DNA of 64,000 nt from Octopus sinensis (lineage: Eukaryota). Shown one piece after another: positions 31,320-45,049 of this stretch. The DNA is taken from the NCBI RefSeq assembly GCF_006345805.1, contig NC_043002.1:60202001-60266000 (forward strand), written 5' to 3'. The position numbers and the translations under genes are program-made. Numbering within the stretch: the first letter of the stretch is position 1; the number at the start of each line of letters is the position of its first letter. The notes below the pieces were generated by a model. It was not told where the DNA came from. It made no database searches and was given only the letters and a program-made list of their open reading frames with translations.

Positions 31320-31690
31320 TAAGCATAAGGTCTGAAATTATGTGGGACGTGGCTAATCGATTAAATCTATCGATACCGAAAAGAGGAAAGACAAAGTCGA
31401 CATCTGGGAAATTAGAACTCGTAACGTAGTTTCCGAACAAATGCGACTAAGCATTTTCTCCGGCATGCTAAAGGTTCTACCTGCTCGCCGTTTTACAAAT
31501 TGCAGGTGTGTGTGGGGTGCATATTCAAAGACATCAACCATATGGCTCGACTGGTACTAATTTTATCGAATCTGAATGCAGGAAAAGCGTAGTCTACCTC
31601 AGCGGAATTTGAACTCAGAAACGCAGAGACAGTCAAAATATTGCCGAGTGTTTTATCCTGCATGCTAACAACTCAGCCAGGTTGTCGACT
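31320..31690 (-). mobile_element. Two adjacent diverged SINE family B copies
   Basis: Two sets of CAAAGTCGAC/GTAGTCTACCTCAGCGGAATTTGAACTCAGAA...GCATGCTAA...CTCGCCG motifs. Confidence 0.65.
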
Positions 31691-31763
31691 TATTTCTAAC
31701 AAATAATAAACACAGGGCAATAGCTGGATACTCTGCTTATAAACCTAAGAATTTTCACGAATC

Positions 31764-31817
<54 letters not shown>

Positions 31818-31889
31818 AGTAGCAGCAGCAGTAGCAACAGTAGTAGTATTATTAGTAGTAGCAGCAACTGCCACAACAGCAGCAGCACC

Positions 31890-31936
<47 letters not shown>

Positions 31937-31990
31937 AAGTAGAAGTAGTAGTTGTAGTAGTATTAGCAGTATTAGCAGCAGCAGCAGAAG
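31764..31990 (+). repeat. (TAG)n/(CAG)n compound microsatellite
   Basis: Read directly. Confidence 0.95.
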
Positions 31991-32314
31991 CAATTGACGA
32001 AGTGGTAATTTCATCTTTCTCCACCATAAATGAGATTTGGGTTTGGAGAAGTGAAGGCAACATGGAGAAAAAATTAAAACGTCTGAAAGTAAACGCGAAC
32101 CACGATGCGAAGAAGACAAACAAGCTACACTCGCAACGAAACGTCTAGTCCCGCGAAGAACGTTGACTGTATAGTGGATTGAAATCGGGAGGACAATTTC
32201 TTTGAGGCTATTTCGTGTTTAGGAGAGAACGAACCAATTAAGATCCTCACGGGAAAGAATATGCGCGGGAAGCAGCAAATACGCACAAACGAGAGAAGAC
32301 ACTTGATGAAGACC

Positions 32315-32820
32315 AGGCGTGGTTGCGTTGAAAGTAGTTTGTTTCCCGACCACTTGTTTCCGAGTTCAGGCCCACTGCATGGCACCTTCGGCAAGTGTCT
32401 TCTACTATAGCTTCTATTCGATCAAAGCCTTGACGGCGGATTTAGTAGGCGGAAACTGAACGAAGCTCATCGTACACACACACACATATATATATATGTG
32501 TCTGTGTATGAGTGTGTGTATTGTATCTGTGTATGTATTGTATATGTGTGTGTGTGTGTATGTATGTATGTGTGTCTGTGTGTGAGAGTCTGTTCGTCTG
32601 TTTGTGTGTGTGCGTGTGTCTTTGTCCAGATCCACCGCTTGATAGACAACCGGTACTGGTGTGTTTACGACCTGATGACATAGCGGGTGTACTAACGACA
32701 TCAATGAAATAGATACGAGACTTTAAAAAAAATCACTGGACTCGATTCAGTCGACTAGAAATTCTATAAGGTGGTATTCCAGCATGGCCGCTGTATAATG
32801 TTTGAAACACGTAAAAGAGA
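32315..32820 (+). mobile_element. SINE family A, diverged full-length copy
   Basis: GAGTTCAGGCCCACTGCATGGCACCTTCGGCAAGTGTCTTCTACTATAG...GGTGGTATTCCAGCATGGCCGCTG...TGAAACACGTAAAAGA. Confidence 0.8.
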
Positions 32821-33784
32821 GGAGAAATTTGAAGGCTTGCGCACCAAGGATATAAGACATTTCTCGACCCAAAAGAACTTGATGTGACACACTTTCCGCA
32901 GCTGAAGTGAAGGGATAATTATCAGGGACGTGAGGTGACTTCATCTGACAAGGAATCTATTTTTTGCCTCAATGTGGACATATCACAACCCGCGTTTTTT
33001 TCTTTTTTACGAGTGGAATGTTTTAGAGAGATTTATGGCTTTAAATCAGAAACTGTCGAATTTCCCAACTGTGACACCGATTTTCTTCTTCAAAGCCAAC
33101 GATTTCTCACCTCTCCAGCGCTAACACAGATATTGTCATAATAAAATAGACTAGAATTAAATCAAAATCGGAGCCAGTAGATTTATTAACTTAACTACAT
33201 ATTTGGCTATGGTTTTAATTTTATTTAGTTCGTTAAAATTGTTCAGTTCTTTCATAATTAGTAAGCTTCCTAAGTTTACTGGGGAAATATTAATTGAAAA
33301 AGTTTCAATATAGTTTCTAACTCTTAGAACTGCGCCCATGCCGAAGCTCCACCTTGAAGGGTTTAGTCGAACAAATCGAACCGAATCTTTACGTTTGTTT
33401 TTCTAAGTCTGGTAATTATTTTATAGAACTCACTTTGTGAATCGCAAAAATTATGAGAACTTAAGCACACTAACACCTGTTCTTAAGCAATACATTGGTG
33501 ATAAACTCAGAGACGAAGAAATTTTATCGAATTGCTACTTGATGCTATCACTAGTAAAGTAAATATGTACATATGATGCCTTCTAGCCATGGCCATCTCA
33601 TCGGTTTAGAGGTGTAAAGGATTATATTATGTCCTTCTCTTGAGATGACTGTACAGTGATTTAGGAGATCTACAAGCGACCACTTAGAAAATACATGTGT
33701 CATTTATATATATATTAGACAAAATCAGATAACAAAGCCAAGGCTGTGAGGAATTTTCAGGACGTTTATAAGGAAAAGGTTATA

Positions 33785-33832
33785 GTCTTACAGTCGTTTC
33801 TGGATTAATATGGATATCCCTTCATCAGTGAC
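33785..33832 (-). ncRNA. Hammerhead ribozyme-like motif of a second, unrelated Penelope-terminal-like family
   Basis: Reverse complement GTCA-CTGATGA-AG-GGAT..ATCC-A-GAAAC-GACT-GTA-AGAC: both core boxes, stem II GGAT/ATCC, GUA triplet, stem I GTC/GAC. Confidence 0.6.
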
Positions 33833-34134
33833 GATGTGAGATGGTTAAAGAGAGGTAAATGTTTCAGTTCGAAATAAAGAATTTGTTATGGAAAAGGAGG
33901 AGATAGGGAAAACAGAGAGAAATAAATGAATTAAAGGAGAAATAACATAAAATATGGTATTTGCAGTTCCATTATTCGAGTAAAGTAGTGTATAGAAGTG
34001 ATAAAAAGTTTATTGTACATGGTATGTAAGTTCCAGTAGTAGTTCGTGTTTACTCATTTCGAAGTTTGGAGCCGTGGATTTTGTGTTTCCCATTTTGAGG
34101 GAGTTTCGTGGGGTATCATTTATATTTACACAAG

Positions 34135-34350
34135 GTGGTGAGGTGGTAGAATCGTTAACATACTAGAAAAAATGCTTTCGGGCATTTCGTCCGTCTTTAC
34201 GTCCCGTGTTCAAATTCAGCTGAGGTTGACTTTGTGTTTCTCTCTTTCGAAGACGATAAAATAAGTGCCGCTTGAACAACGGGGTGGATGCAACCAACTA
34301 GTCTCCTTCCACCAAAATGTCAGGTCTTGTGGTATTATAGAATATATTAT
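34135..34350 (+). mobile_element. SINE family B copy
   Basis: AAGGTGGTGAGGTGGTAGAATCGTTAAC...GTGTTCAAATTCAGCTGAGGTTGACTTTG...GATAAAATAAGTGCC. Confidence 0.75.
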
Positions 34351-37300
34351 TTACGCACTCACACACACACAAGCAAATATATACACAAACAAACCTAAAG
34401 TAAACAGACACACCTTATTATTCCGTTTCAGCTGTGCAAACTCTAGTGATAGATTAATAGTGGCATGACTACTAGATATTGGATTACGCATTTAAATGCA
34501 TCGAACGACATTACATAGAATTAAATCCCTGAAAAGTAGCGATTAACTCAATGAGACATCAGATGCTGCCGTGGTGGAGAAATGGCGGACCTATTCCATA
34601 ACGCACTCTTAGATAACACTAAACATTACGTAACGCACTCTTAGATAACCCTTCGTCTTGATCAAGTTTCACCGGGCCCTGAAGAGAAGAAAGGCCCACA
34701 AGAATGATAATGGCAACATCAGCATTAATAACATTAAATGCTATCCCTAGTTACGGGCGTCTGCCATTGAAAAGGCCAAAGAAGGCCGAATTCAGGTGAG
34801 GCAGTCTTGACGGACGATTATCTCCCGCGAACGGTATAGCCACAAGCGATTTTATATACCACAATTCCATATGAGAGGTTCTCTCATTGTAAATAATGAA
34901 GTATTCTGTATTCTAATATAACATCACCTTTGGCATTAAAACTGTATCTGTCATTTTCAATTAATCACTAAAAACAATAAGGATATTCACACGATTAGAC
35001 ACACAAAAGATAGACACTCAAACTTTATGTATTTTCTCGAATAACTCCCCTTCAATATCGACCTACATGTGTGGGATTTTGTGATTAGTCTCTGAATATT
35101 CCTGGACCCAGTCATTGCTAACGATTTCATTCAAACCATCGGCAATCGTAGACTGTCTTAATTCCAGACATTAGATCGATGTAAAGCTATTGTATAAATA
35201 AATAAATAAATATATAAAACATTGCTATTAAAATGATCGATTATATTTCTTTACTCTACAAGGCAAGACTATGGCGTCGTTATTTTGCTTTGTTTTTTTT
35301 CCGATAATCTCTTAACGTACGAGAGTCTCATACGTTATTTTATTTCATTAGGTGTTGTTACTAGATGAATTCACTTATGCCTTTAAATCAACTGGGAATT
35401 GACACTCAACTTTCACCAGTTTCTTTTGCACACAATCATAGTGATTCTTATACTAGAATATTTTTTAATCAATATTTAAATTGCCACGAGAAAAATTCGG
35501 TTGAAACTTAACTAAAAATATTATAAATAAAAACATCCGACTACTTTAAAAGTTATATATAGAATTGTAACTGATAGTGTACAAGTAGGTGACTGTTTTA
35601 GAATAAATTGCAAGGTGTCGGCAAACCAAATCTCTGCAATAATCTTCTGATGTATTTTATTATACTTTGTCTTTACTGTCTGTCCAAAAGAAGGCAAATA
35701 CACAAATACTCATATTTCCCATATTTCTAAAGAATATGGCATATTTTTCTACGTAAGCGAAACGAACGGAGCCATTATCGATAATTAATGTACAAACGGT
35801 TGACTGGAGACATCAATTCAGACTTTTGATTTTTGAGTTTTGTTTTTTGCAATTTTAAATAGTGGTGACGCAAATTTGGCTATGTGATTAAGAAGTTTGT
35901 TTTGCAAGTACGTCGTTTCGAGTTCAATTCCAGGGCACGGTGAAACGAGAAAGCGTCTTCTATTAGAGCTACAGACCACCCAATACGATTTTGGTCGAGA
36001 TAAACTGTAAAAAAGACCATCATATGTGCGTGCGTGTGTGTGTGTGTGTGTGTGTGTGTTTGTGTGTGTGTGTTCAGCACTGCTGATTTGTTTGCGTAAT
36101 CGTAACTTAAATGTGTAGCAAAACAGACCGATGAAATTACCAGAAAACGTTAAAAAATTAAGTGCTGGCGTTGATTTCTTCGTCTCAAATGTTTGCCCCA
36201 GCAGAGACGCACTCCGACAACTGAATCAAGCAACAGATAATTCTTCCGACTTCAACAAGTGACAGATAATCCTTCCTATTTCAAAATTTTCCTCAATGCT
36301 CCAATTCCCATTCATTCACTCACTCCAATGTTTACCTTTATTACAGTGATCTTTTCTTCTTCCGTTCTGCTCTTTGTTATAAAATTGCCCTCATTACGTG
36401 GAATTCTTCTGAACAGAAGTATCCATCCTTGGCTAATTCCTTGCTTTGTTTCGTAGGTGCAGCAACTGTAATTCCATTGATCTCAGCACTGAGATATGAC
36501 GATTATCGTATGGAATTTCCTTTTTTTACTACACTGCTAATTACAGTAATCGCTTTTCTTCTCCTTCCCTTATGCTGACTATATAATTGTTGATAGAATG
36601 GATTATTTTAAATGTAAATATCTTTGTTGCAAACTCAATGCCTTGTTGGTCAAAAGATATAAAGTTTAGATATATCGATTGGTATTATATCAACTCGTTC
36701 ATATATGTAGTACTGGTTGGTTTATCTAACAATGGAAAGTTAGTGTCGATATTTCACATAAGAAATTCCAACACTTCAAACACTAAAATTTCATATAAGT
36801 TAAAACAAAAATTTATTGAAAATGAAAGAAAATACTGTACAATAAGAAGCCACAAACAAAAAGAATTCAACTATTTTGCTATGATCTCTTAGAATTAAAA
36901 GAAAATTCAACCGCTTAAAATAGTTAATGATATATAGTAATTTTAAACATCAGAGAGACCGCACTAAAGTACTTACACGGCTTTTTCATTGTGTTTTTTC
37001 TTTTAAATTAAACATTATCTTTCCTGGTTATTAGCTCCATAAGACAATAGCCTCGTAATGATATCGTTGTCACCGGTTTGCCCATAGTCGCTCTACGTTG
37101 CGAGGACAAACGGAATGAGATAACTGGTGCCATGCACTTGCTGTCCCTTTATGATAATGGAATCCGGTCTGAGGATTGATTGCGCTATTAATTCTAGCAT
37201 GACGATCGTGTCGATAACCAAAGCAAACGGCTCGAATGAAAGAATAAAAAATCCTTGAACGAGTTTATTCTACATCCAAGAAAAATTTTCGAGCTCCGAA

Positions 37301-37442
37301 GTGATTTTTATACGCATAAGGAAACCGATAAAAGTTATTTCAAATAAACACCAAAAATTATTGTTGAGTTGCCTAGGGAGCAGCCCAAGACCATCCCTGG
37401 AGGTGCAACACATTCATGCGCGCGCGCCTGTCTGCATAAACA

Positions 37443-37498
<56 letters not shown>

Positions 37499-37571
37499 AG
37501 TGTGTGTATGTCTGTACATAAGTACATATGCATACACCCACATATACACACGCATATATGTATGGGTTTGT

Positions 37572-37952
37572 GGAAGCGCAATGTCCCAGTGGTCAGGCCA
37601 GTGGACTCGTAGTCATAAGATCGCGGTTTCGATTCCCAGACCGAGCGTTGTGAGTGTTTCATGGGCGGAAACACCTCAAGGTCCATGGTTCTGCGGCAGC
37701 GTGTTGTGGCGAAACCTGCTGTATTCTTTCGCCACAACTTTCTCGGACACTTTCTTCCTGTTTCTGTTGTACCTGTATTTCAAATGGTCAGCCTTATCAC
37801 ACTCTGTGTTACGCTGAATCTCCTTGAGAACTACGTTAAGGGTACACGTGTCTGTGGAGTGCTCAGTCATTTGCACGTTAATTTCACGAACAGGACCTTC
37901 CGTTGATCGGATCAACTGGAACCCTCGTCGTCATAACCGACGGAGTGCCACC
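37572..37952 (+). mobile_element. tRNA-derived SINE, family C, full length, ending in (CA)n
   Basis: Head GGAAGCGCAATGTCCCAGTGGTCAGG (A box)...GGTTTCGATTCCC (B box). The body differs from families A and B. A second, inverted partial copy lies at 40985-41161. Confidence 0.75.
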
Positions 37953-37954
37953 AT

Positions 37955-37985
<31 letters not shown>

Positions 37986-38025
37986 GAGAGACGCACGCAC
38001 ACACACACACACTCATCTATATATA

Positions 38026-38100
<75 letters not shown>

Positions 38101-40792
38101 TATATATATATATATAATATATATACATATATATATAATATATATACACACACACACACAGACGCACACATACACACACACACTCGTCTATATATATATA
38201 TATACGTGTGTGTGTGAGTACTTCGGTGCGCGTGAATACGTGTTAATGTGCGCGTACATATATATATACACATGTCTGAGTGTGTATCCCTCTATCAACC
38301 CATACCCACACAAAGACACAGACATGTGTGCATGTGTGCGTGTGCATGCCTTCCTCTGAAGAATCTCTTATATAGACACCTTGGTATTCCTTACAAACTT
38401 GTATTGTGTGCTATTTAAGTACCTACATATGTATGTATTTATGTAAGTATGTATGTATATATGTATATTTGTATATATGTATGTGTGTTTGTATGTATGT
38501 ATATACGTATGTATGTATATACGTATGTATGTATATATGTATATATGTATATATGTATGTATGTTTGTATGTATGTATGTATGTATGTATATATGTAAGT
38601 TATTCAGTTTATTTCAAGATTTCTTGGCGATAGAGAATGAGCCAGTTTCTAACCCAGACCCACGACCTAATTCATTGGGGTTTCAACAACATAAACAGGG
38701 TATTTCTGCGTGTTTATGTGGCTGAGTGCAATATCTGGAGTGACTGCATGCATCTGCAGATATTCGTGTCTTATTCATGCATGCATTTTCGTGTATGTAT
38801 GTATTTACACATGCATGAATATGTGTATTCTCATGCATTGATGTATGTATGTATGGATGTATGTATGTACATATAAAAATATGTATGTATAAACGTACGT
38901 ATATACGTATGCATTCATGTATGTATGTACGTATGTATATATAAGTAAATGTGAAACATAAAAGTTGTGTTTCATAGACAGGTTGTAGCGCCGTTGGCAG
39001 CGTACGAACCATCTAACTGGACATTTCAGTCATCTAGCTTTCTGCTCAACTCATAACATGGTGTTTGCTCATAATTGACAATTCGCCTCAACTTTGGTGG
39101 CCTTCTACCTAATCAAAGGAAATCCATTCTAATACCTGAGGAATACACTCCTTCGCATAAAAGAATATCGAGAATAATAATAAATCCTGTTCAAAATCCT
39201 TGTAACAATAAGGTTTGTGTACTTTCAAGTAAACTATAAAATTCGCAAGGAAGTGAACACAATGGCAAAAAGAGTTTGTAATGTCATTTAGGAGAGTGTG
39301 TTATAAAAAGTTTTTTTTTTCTATGAAATCGAAAATGTAATAAATCAGTTTAGGTGTGAATTGAATTTATAGACGACACACGACGCTATCAGATAATTAA
39401 CTTCTTTTCGTGTGTTGTAACTCTTTTGTAATCAAGCCAAAATATTGCATAGACAGGAATTTGTATTCGTATTTTGCAAAATGAATTTAACCGTGAAGAG
39501 TTAAATCATAAATTCTCAATGGACTGGAGTCTACAATCGCTTTATATCGCTTGAGGAAGCATAAAAAAATAATATTAAAATGAAAAAAAGAATTTATAAC
39601 TAATAGCGAGGAAGAGAAAATAGATGAGAACTTCTCCATTGTGATCAAAATTACTCAAAAGGCAGGTATAAATCATTCGTTGGAGATCCTGTAAGATATT
39701 TTAATGAAATTGCTGCGAAATGAAATTTGTGCAGAACTTTTAACTGTCCATTAAATACTTTATTACATTATTTATATAACTATGTTTTATTTTTATTTTC
39801 GTTATATATACTTATTTTTTTGTTTGATTCGGATAGTTCACACCTTTCACTCACATAATATTATTCATATTTCTTAAGAATAAGAGCAAAATATATGAGT
39901 AAATAAATAAAAATAGAAGGAAAAATCCTGTTTATACTCTGAGAATTAATTGCAGCAAAAGGAAGAGTTGAGGTGGAATTCGATTAGCAATTTTGCCAAG
40001 AAAGTAATACAATGATACAACGTATCTAAACACAGTGTGGGGTGTCAATGTTCTAGTGTGGAGAGTAGATTTGTTTACTGGGCTACGCTTGTATATTTAA
40101 AACGGAGGTTAAACATAGAGTCAGTTAACCGATTATATATACATAAAACTTTCACACGTTAGCGACTACATAATTGGTGTTATTGTTGGTTAATCCTAGA
40201 AGCAACAGCAGCCGCAGTAGTAGTGGCAGCAGCAGCAGTACTAGTAGCACTAGTATAATCAGTAACAGCGCGTTACTGCATCCAGCGTTTTTGACCCCTT
40301 TCTACTCTTGGCGGATGACGACTTCGCACCATTTGAGTGACAATCCCTCCAACCCATGGATCTCCATTGAGATAGTCGTTGCTGATGAGGATTTTGCGAT
40401 GTGGGAGTGCAAATCCTAGTTCAGCCAATTTTGGTCGCCTTTTCCGATACGCAGATGAAACCTTGCGACTCTTCTTTGACAGGCAAGTCAACTCAGAGCC
40501 TATATCATCCTTAATCAATGCTTTGATCTCTGTTCAATAGTATTCTCTCATCAATGATCATCGCGTATGATTTTCAGACTTCTTTAAGACAGTACATGAT
40601 TGTTTAATTTGATGGAGTTGAGTCTGATGTATATAGAATATCGTACGACTATGGAGGACCTAGGCACTGGGTCTCCAATATTTTATTTGGTCTGGGAGTC
40701 ACAGCGTATTCTGAGTTCAAATTTCAACAAAATACGGAGTATTTTTTGTGGTGGGGACAGTTTCTAGATAATAACATCTAGCTGTCATTTAC

Positions 40793-41161
40793 TGTCTGTG
40801 TCTTTGTGTGTGTATGGGTTGATAGAGAGATACACACTCAGACATGTATATATATATGTACGCGCACATTAACACGTATTCACGCGCACCGAAGTACTCA
40901 CACACACACGTGTATATATATATATATAGATGAGTGTGTGTGTGTATGTGTGCGTCTGTGTGTGTGTATGTGTGTATGTGTGTATGGTGGCACTCCGTCG
41001 GTTATGACGACGAGGGTTCCAGTTGATCCGATCAACGGAAGGGCCTGTTCGTGAAATTAACGTGCAAGTGACTGACCACTCCACAGACACGTGTACCCTT
41101 AACGTAGTTCTCAAGGAGATTCAGCGTAACACAGTGTGTGACAAGTCTGACCCTTTGAAAT
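40793..41161 (-). repeat. Inverted duplicate of 37777-38324 (3' half of SINE C plus its downstream flank)
   Basis: Reverse-complement match includes the non-SINE flank GAGTACTTCGGTGCGCGTGAATACGTGTTAATGTGCGCGTAC and CTCTATCAACCCATAC. ORFs 37824+ and 41114- give nearly the same peptide. Confidence 0.92.
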
Positions 41162-42234
41162 CCATCATTTCCCCATAATATGTGTCACACACACATATAT
41201 AGAAACGTTTCTTCGTCAATCATCAAACGTTTTATGTTTCGTATATAATAAATGAAACATATGAAGGCATAGGAATTTGTATCCTGACACAAGGGTACCT
41301 TTTAAAGGTACCGTGACATGTTCAGATGATATAATCAAACTTTACTTCATGTCAAATATATTTGGGACGTATTCGCACCTGTGAAGTCTTTTCACTGCAG
41401 GTTTACCGTGCACTCACCATCCGATATATTTGCTGTGGTCTGCTGGACAACGCGTGCAATGAGTGGATAATATTTGATGATTTCTGATAAAGAAACATAA
41501 GCTCTCATTGTCTGTTTCAGTATCGGGTACTGAATGAAGCTAAGGAACTAGAAATGCATCTACATACTCGTAAAAGGCACACTGAGCTGACTACGGTCTT
41601 CGAACATCTAGTTGTCAAAAAGGAAACGTTTTTCGTCCTGAGTAAAACTTGCAGTGAAAAAATCTTAAAAATTTCAAATATATACCAATCATATTTGAAA
41701 TAATTTATTATTTTCAGTCCTTGCCTTGAGCTCTTGCACATATAGATTGATGTGAGTTATTATAAACTTTACTGGGGTAATTGGACGCTCAAGCGCTGCA
41801 AATGTGACTCATAAATTTCAATTTTGCAATGTTGAATGAAGCACCTAACATGGGTTTTAGCGAAAGATGACTATAACTTCTGATGTCTCATTTATAAGAC
41901 TTTATATTTCAAGCATAGAACATTCGAACATGAATCCTATACTTGAACCCCGAATAACGATTACAGCTATGGTGTCAACGCTATGCGACATGCTTGATCT
42001 CCTAGTAGAGCTTTTCAAAAACTTACAAGCTGGCTGTCGATTGTGACCAGCATTCGTGAGGGATGAGGTGAACTCGTTGGTCGGATTACTCTACACATTG
42101 GTGGATTAACCAATCGTGCCGAATAATGTTACTATTTTGTCATAAAGAGAAACGTATATTCCTGTATTTGATGGGATATATGATGTAGAATTTTTGCAAA
42201 ATTCTATCGCCTTTGAACTAATATTGCCCCAAAC

Positions 42235-42448
42235 TCTCTTTTACTCTTTTACTCGTTTCAGTCATTTGACTGTTGCCATGCTGGAGCACCGCTTTTAGTC
42301 GAGCAAATCGACCCCAAAACTTATTCTCTGTAAGCATAGTACTTATTCTGTCGGTGTCTTTTGCCGAACCGCTAAGTTACGGGTTCGTAAACACACCAGC
42401 ATCGGTTGTCAAGCGATGTTGGGGGGGGGGACAAATACATACACACAA

Positions 42449-42492
<44 letters not shown>

Positions 42493-42650
42493 TCGACGGT
42501 CTTCTTTCAGTTTCCGTCTACGAAATCCACTCACAAGTCTTTGGTCGGCCGGAGACTATTGTAGAAAAAACTTGCCCAAGTTGCCACGCAGTGGGACTGA
42601 ACCCAGGACCGTGTGGTTGTTAAGAAAACTACTTACCACACAGCCACTCC
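42235..42650 (-). mobile_element. SINE family A, full length
   Basis: CTCTTTTACTCTTTTACTCGTTTCAGTCATTTGACTG...TTGCCCAAG...CAGTGGGACTGAACCC...CTTACCACACAGCCACTCC. Confidence 0.9.
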
Positions 42651-42999
42651 CACACCTAACACTCACTTTCCCTGAATATGTGCCAGTGAAACTGGGGTGC
42701 GTCGAACACAACTGTACATCTTTTATGCCATTCAGATGCGATAATATAATTACATTGTGAGAAATGTGTAGCGTAGAAGGATGTAATAACAGTGCATCAC
42801 AGTAATTATCACCATATATAGGTCGGCGTGCATCAAATGTTTAAGTTGGACTGCTTATCTGATACCCTGATGAGATAAAAATTGTTGAATATGTATTTAA
42901 ATTTAATTATTTCAGGAAATACGGTGAAAGATTGTGGCTATGTTTCTGCCTTAAACATTTGAAAATTTGTAAGACGAGGCCTTGCGACAAGAAACATCC

Positions 43000-43128
43000 A
43001 CCTCAACCACATGGTTCTGGGTTCAATCCCACGGCATGGAACTTGAGGCAACTGCCTTCAACTGTAGTCTACTATAGCCGGCCAAAGCCTTGTGAGTGGA
43101 TTTTGCAGGTAGAAACTGAAAGACGCAC

Positions 43129-43221
<93 letters not shown>

Positions 43222-43560
43222 TGTGTGTGTGTGTGTGTGTGTATATATGTATGTCTATATGTATATATGTATGTATGTATGTATGTACGTATGTGTGTGT
43301 GTGTGTATGGACATATATGGCCACTATGTGTCTTTGTGTCTGTTTTTGTCCGCTAGCACAGCTTGACAATCGGTGTTGGTGTGTTTATGTCCCAGTAATT
43401 TAACGATCCGCCAAAAGTGGTTGATAGAATAAATACCAGCCTTAAAAAAATTACAAGTGCTGGGGTTGATTTATTCTACTAAAATTTCTTGAAGGTGTTA
43501 CTCCAGTATGGCTGCAGTTTAATAACTGAAACTAATAAAATATAGAAGAACGATAAAAGA
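43000..43560 (+). mobile_element. SINE family A with expanded internal (TA)n(TG)n
   Basis: AACCACATGGTTCTGGGTTCAATCCCACGGC...CCAAAGCCTTGTGAGTGGATTTTG...CTCCAGTATGGCTGCAGTTTAATAACTGAAAC. Confidence 0.8.
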
Positions 43561-43574
43561 TATATGTATGTATG

Positions 43575-43606
<32 letters not shown>

Positions 43607-44361
43607 TGTATGTATGTATGTATGCATGCATGTGTGTAAGTATCACTGTAATTGCCAGTTTTATAGCGAGAAAAACACTGAAACCGGCGATTTGGTTGAA
43701 TCAGTTGTATGTGGGACAAAATACACGGTGGGATTTCTTCCGGTTCTTTGCGGTGTGAGTTCAACTTCAGCCGAGTTGGCCGATAAATAAATAAAAATAT
43801 AACCGTGCACTGGATTACAGGACTTTTGACTATAATAGTAGGTATACTTAGAGAAGCAGTCAGTCCAATATTGGGGAGCACCTGGGCAAATGTCTTCCTA
43901 GTGAGCAAATGCATTAGAAAGAAATTGTCGCATATAATCTGTGCGTGCGCGCTCGCTCGTCTTTGTGTACTTTTGCTGGTTTCTTTCAATCCCATTAAAT
44001 TAGATGTTCCGCAAACAAATGCCTATGACATATTTCGCTTTCCTATTCCAAATCCATTTTCCTCCTCTTTTACTCTAAGTCTGGGTCCTATTCTTCTTAT
44101 GCCCTCTTCAATAAGAAAAAAAAAGCTGTACCTATTAGTAATTGACTTACTTTTAAAAAAGTAATTTCTGGTATATATCTGCTCGATCAAATAAATAAAA
44201 TCGATACCAGCCGTTAATTTCAATAGCGTAGAGCTGAGCTAACCTTGTACATAGTACATTCTGTTTCCACTCTGTTACGTTCTCCTTAATTTGGTTTATT
44301 CACCTAGTCGTGTATATAAATGTGCCTATGTATACACATAGACCTGTATACATTGTATATA

Positions 44362-44411
<50 letters not shown>

Positions 44412-44413
<2 letters not shown>

Positions 44414-44642
44414 TTGTATTTGTTTCAGTCATTTGACTGCGGCCATGCTGGAGCACCGCCTGTAGTCGATCAAATCGTCCCTAGGACTTATATTTGTAAG
44501 CCTACTTATTCTATCGGGCTGTTTTACCGAACTGCTACGTAACGGAAACGTAAACACACCAGCATCGGTTGTCAGACGATACTGGAGTGACAAACACAGA
44601 CACACGAGTATACACATACATAAATACATACATACATACATA

Positions 44643-44686
<44 letters not shown>

Positions 44687-44830
44687 ATGGGCTTCTTTTA
44701 GTTTCCGTGTAACTAATCCACACACAAGGCTTTGGTCGGCCCGAGGCTATAGGAGAAGACATTTGCTCAAGGCACCACGCAATGTGACTGAACCCGGAAC
44801 CATGTGGTTGGTAAGCAAGCTACTTACCAA
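44412..44830 (-). mobile_element. SINE family A, near full length
   Basis: TGTTTCAGTCATTTGACTGCGGCCATGCTGGAGCACCGCC...GACTGAACCCGGAACCATGTGGTTGGTAAGCAAGCTACTTACCA. Confidence 0.9.
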
Positions 44831-45049
44831 CAATGGATGTTTTTATTGCTGACTGCAACAAGTAAGAAGAAAAGAAAGATACCAATATACTGAGAACCAT
44901 ATTGAGAGATATAGAAGCAGAGAAGGTGAAAGATACCAGAGAACTGAACAAGATACGGAATAGTCAGATGTCAGTTACTTGTTGATTTCCTACTAGTATC
45001 TATTGATTGTGCGAGTAATAACTAAAAGTGTTAGATGCACCAACGTTTA

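Noticed and set aside
34598-34649. 19-bp direct repeat TAACGCACTCTTAGATAAC with a short spacer (CRISPR-like look)
   Set aside because: Only two units in eukaryotic DNA with no cas genes; a simple local slippage duplication.
40273-40518. 81-aa minus-strand ORF faintly like an RTE-clade C-terminus
   Set aside because: Similarity is limited to a few residues (KVSS..RKRR.KLA) and cannot be supported without a search.
42868-42895. CTGATGAG box (also near 14829 and 48137)
   Set aside because: No downstream stem II and GAAAC; expected by chance.
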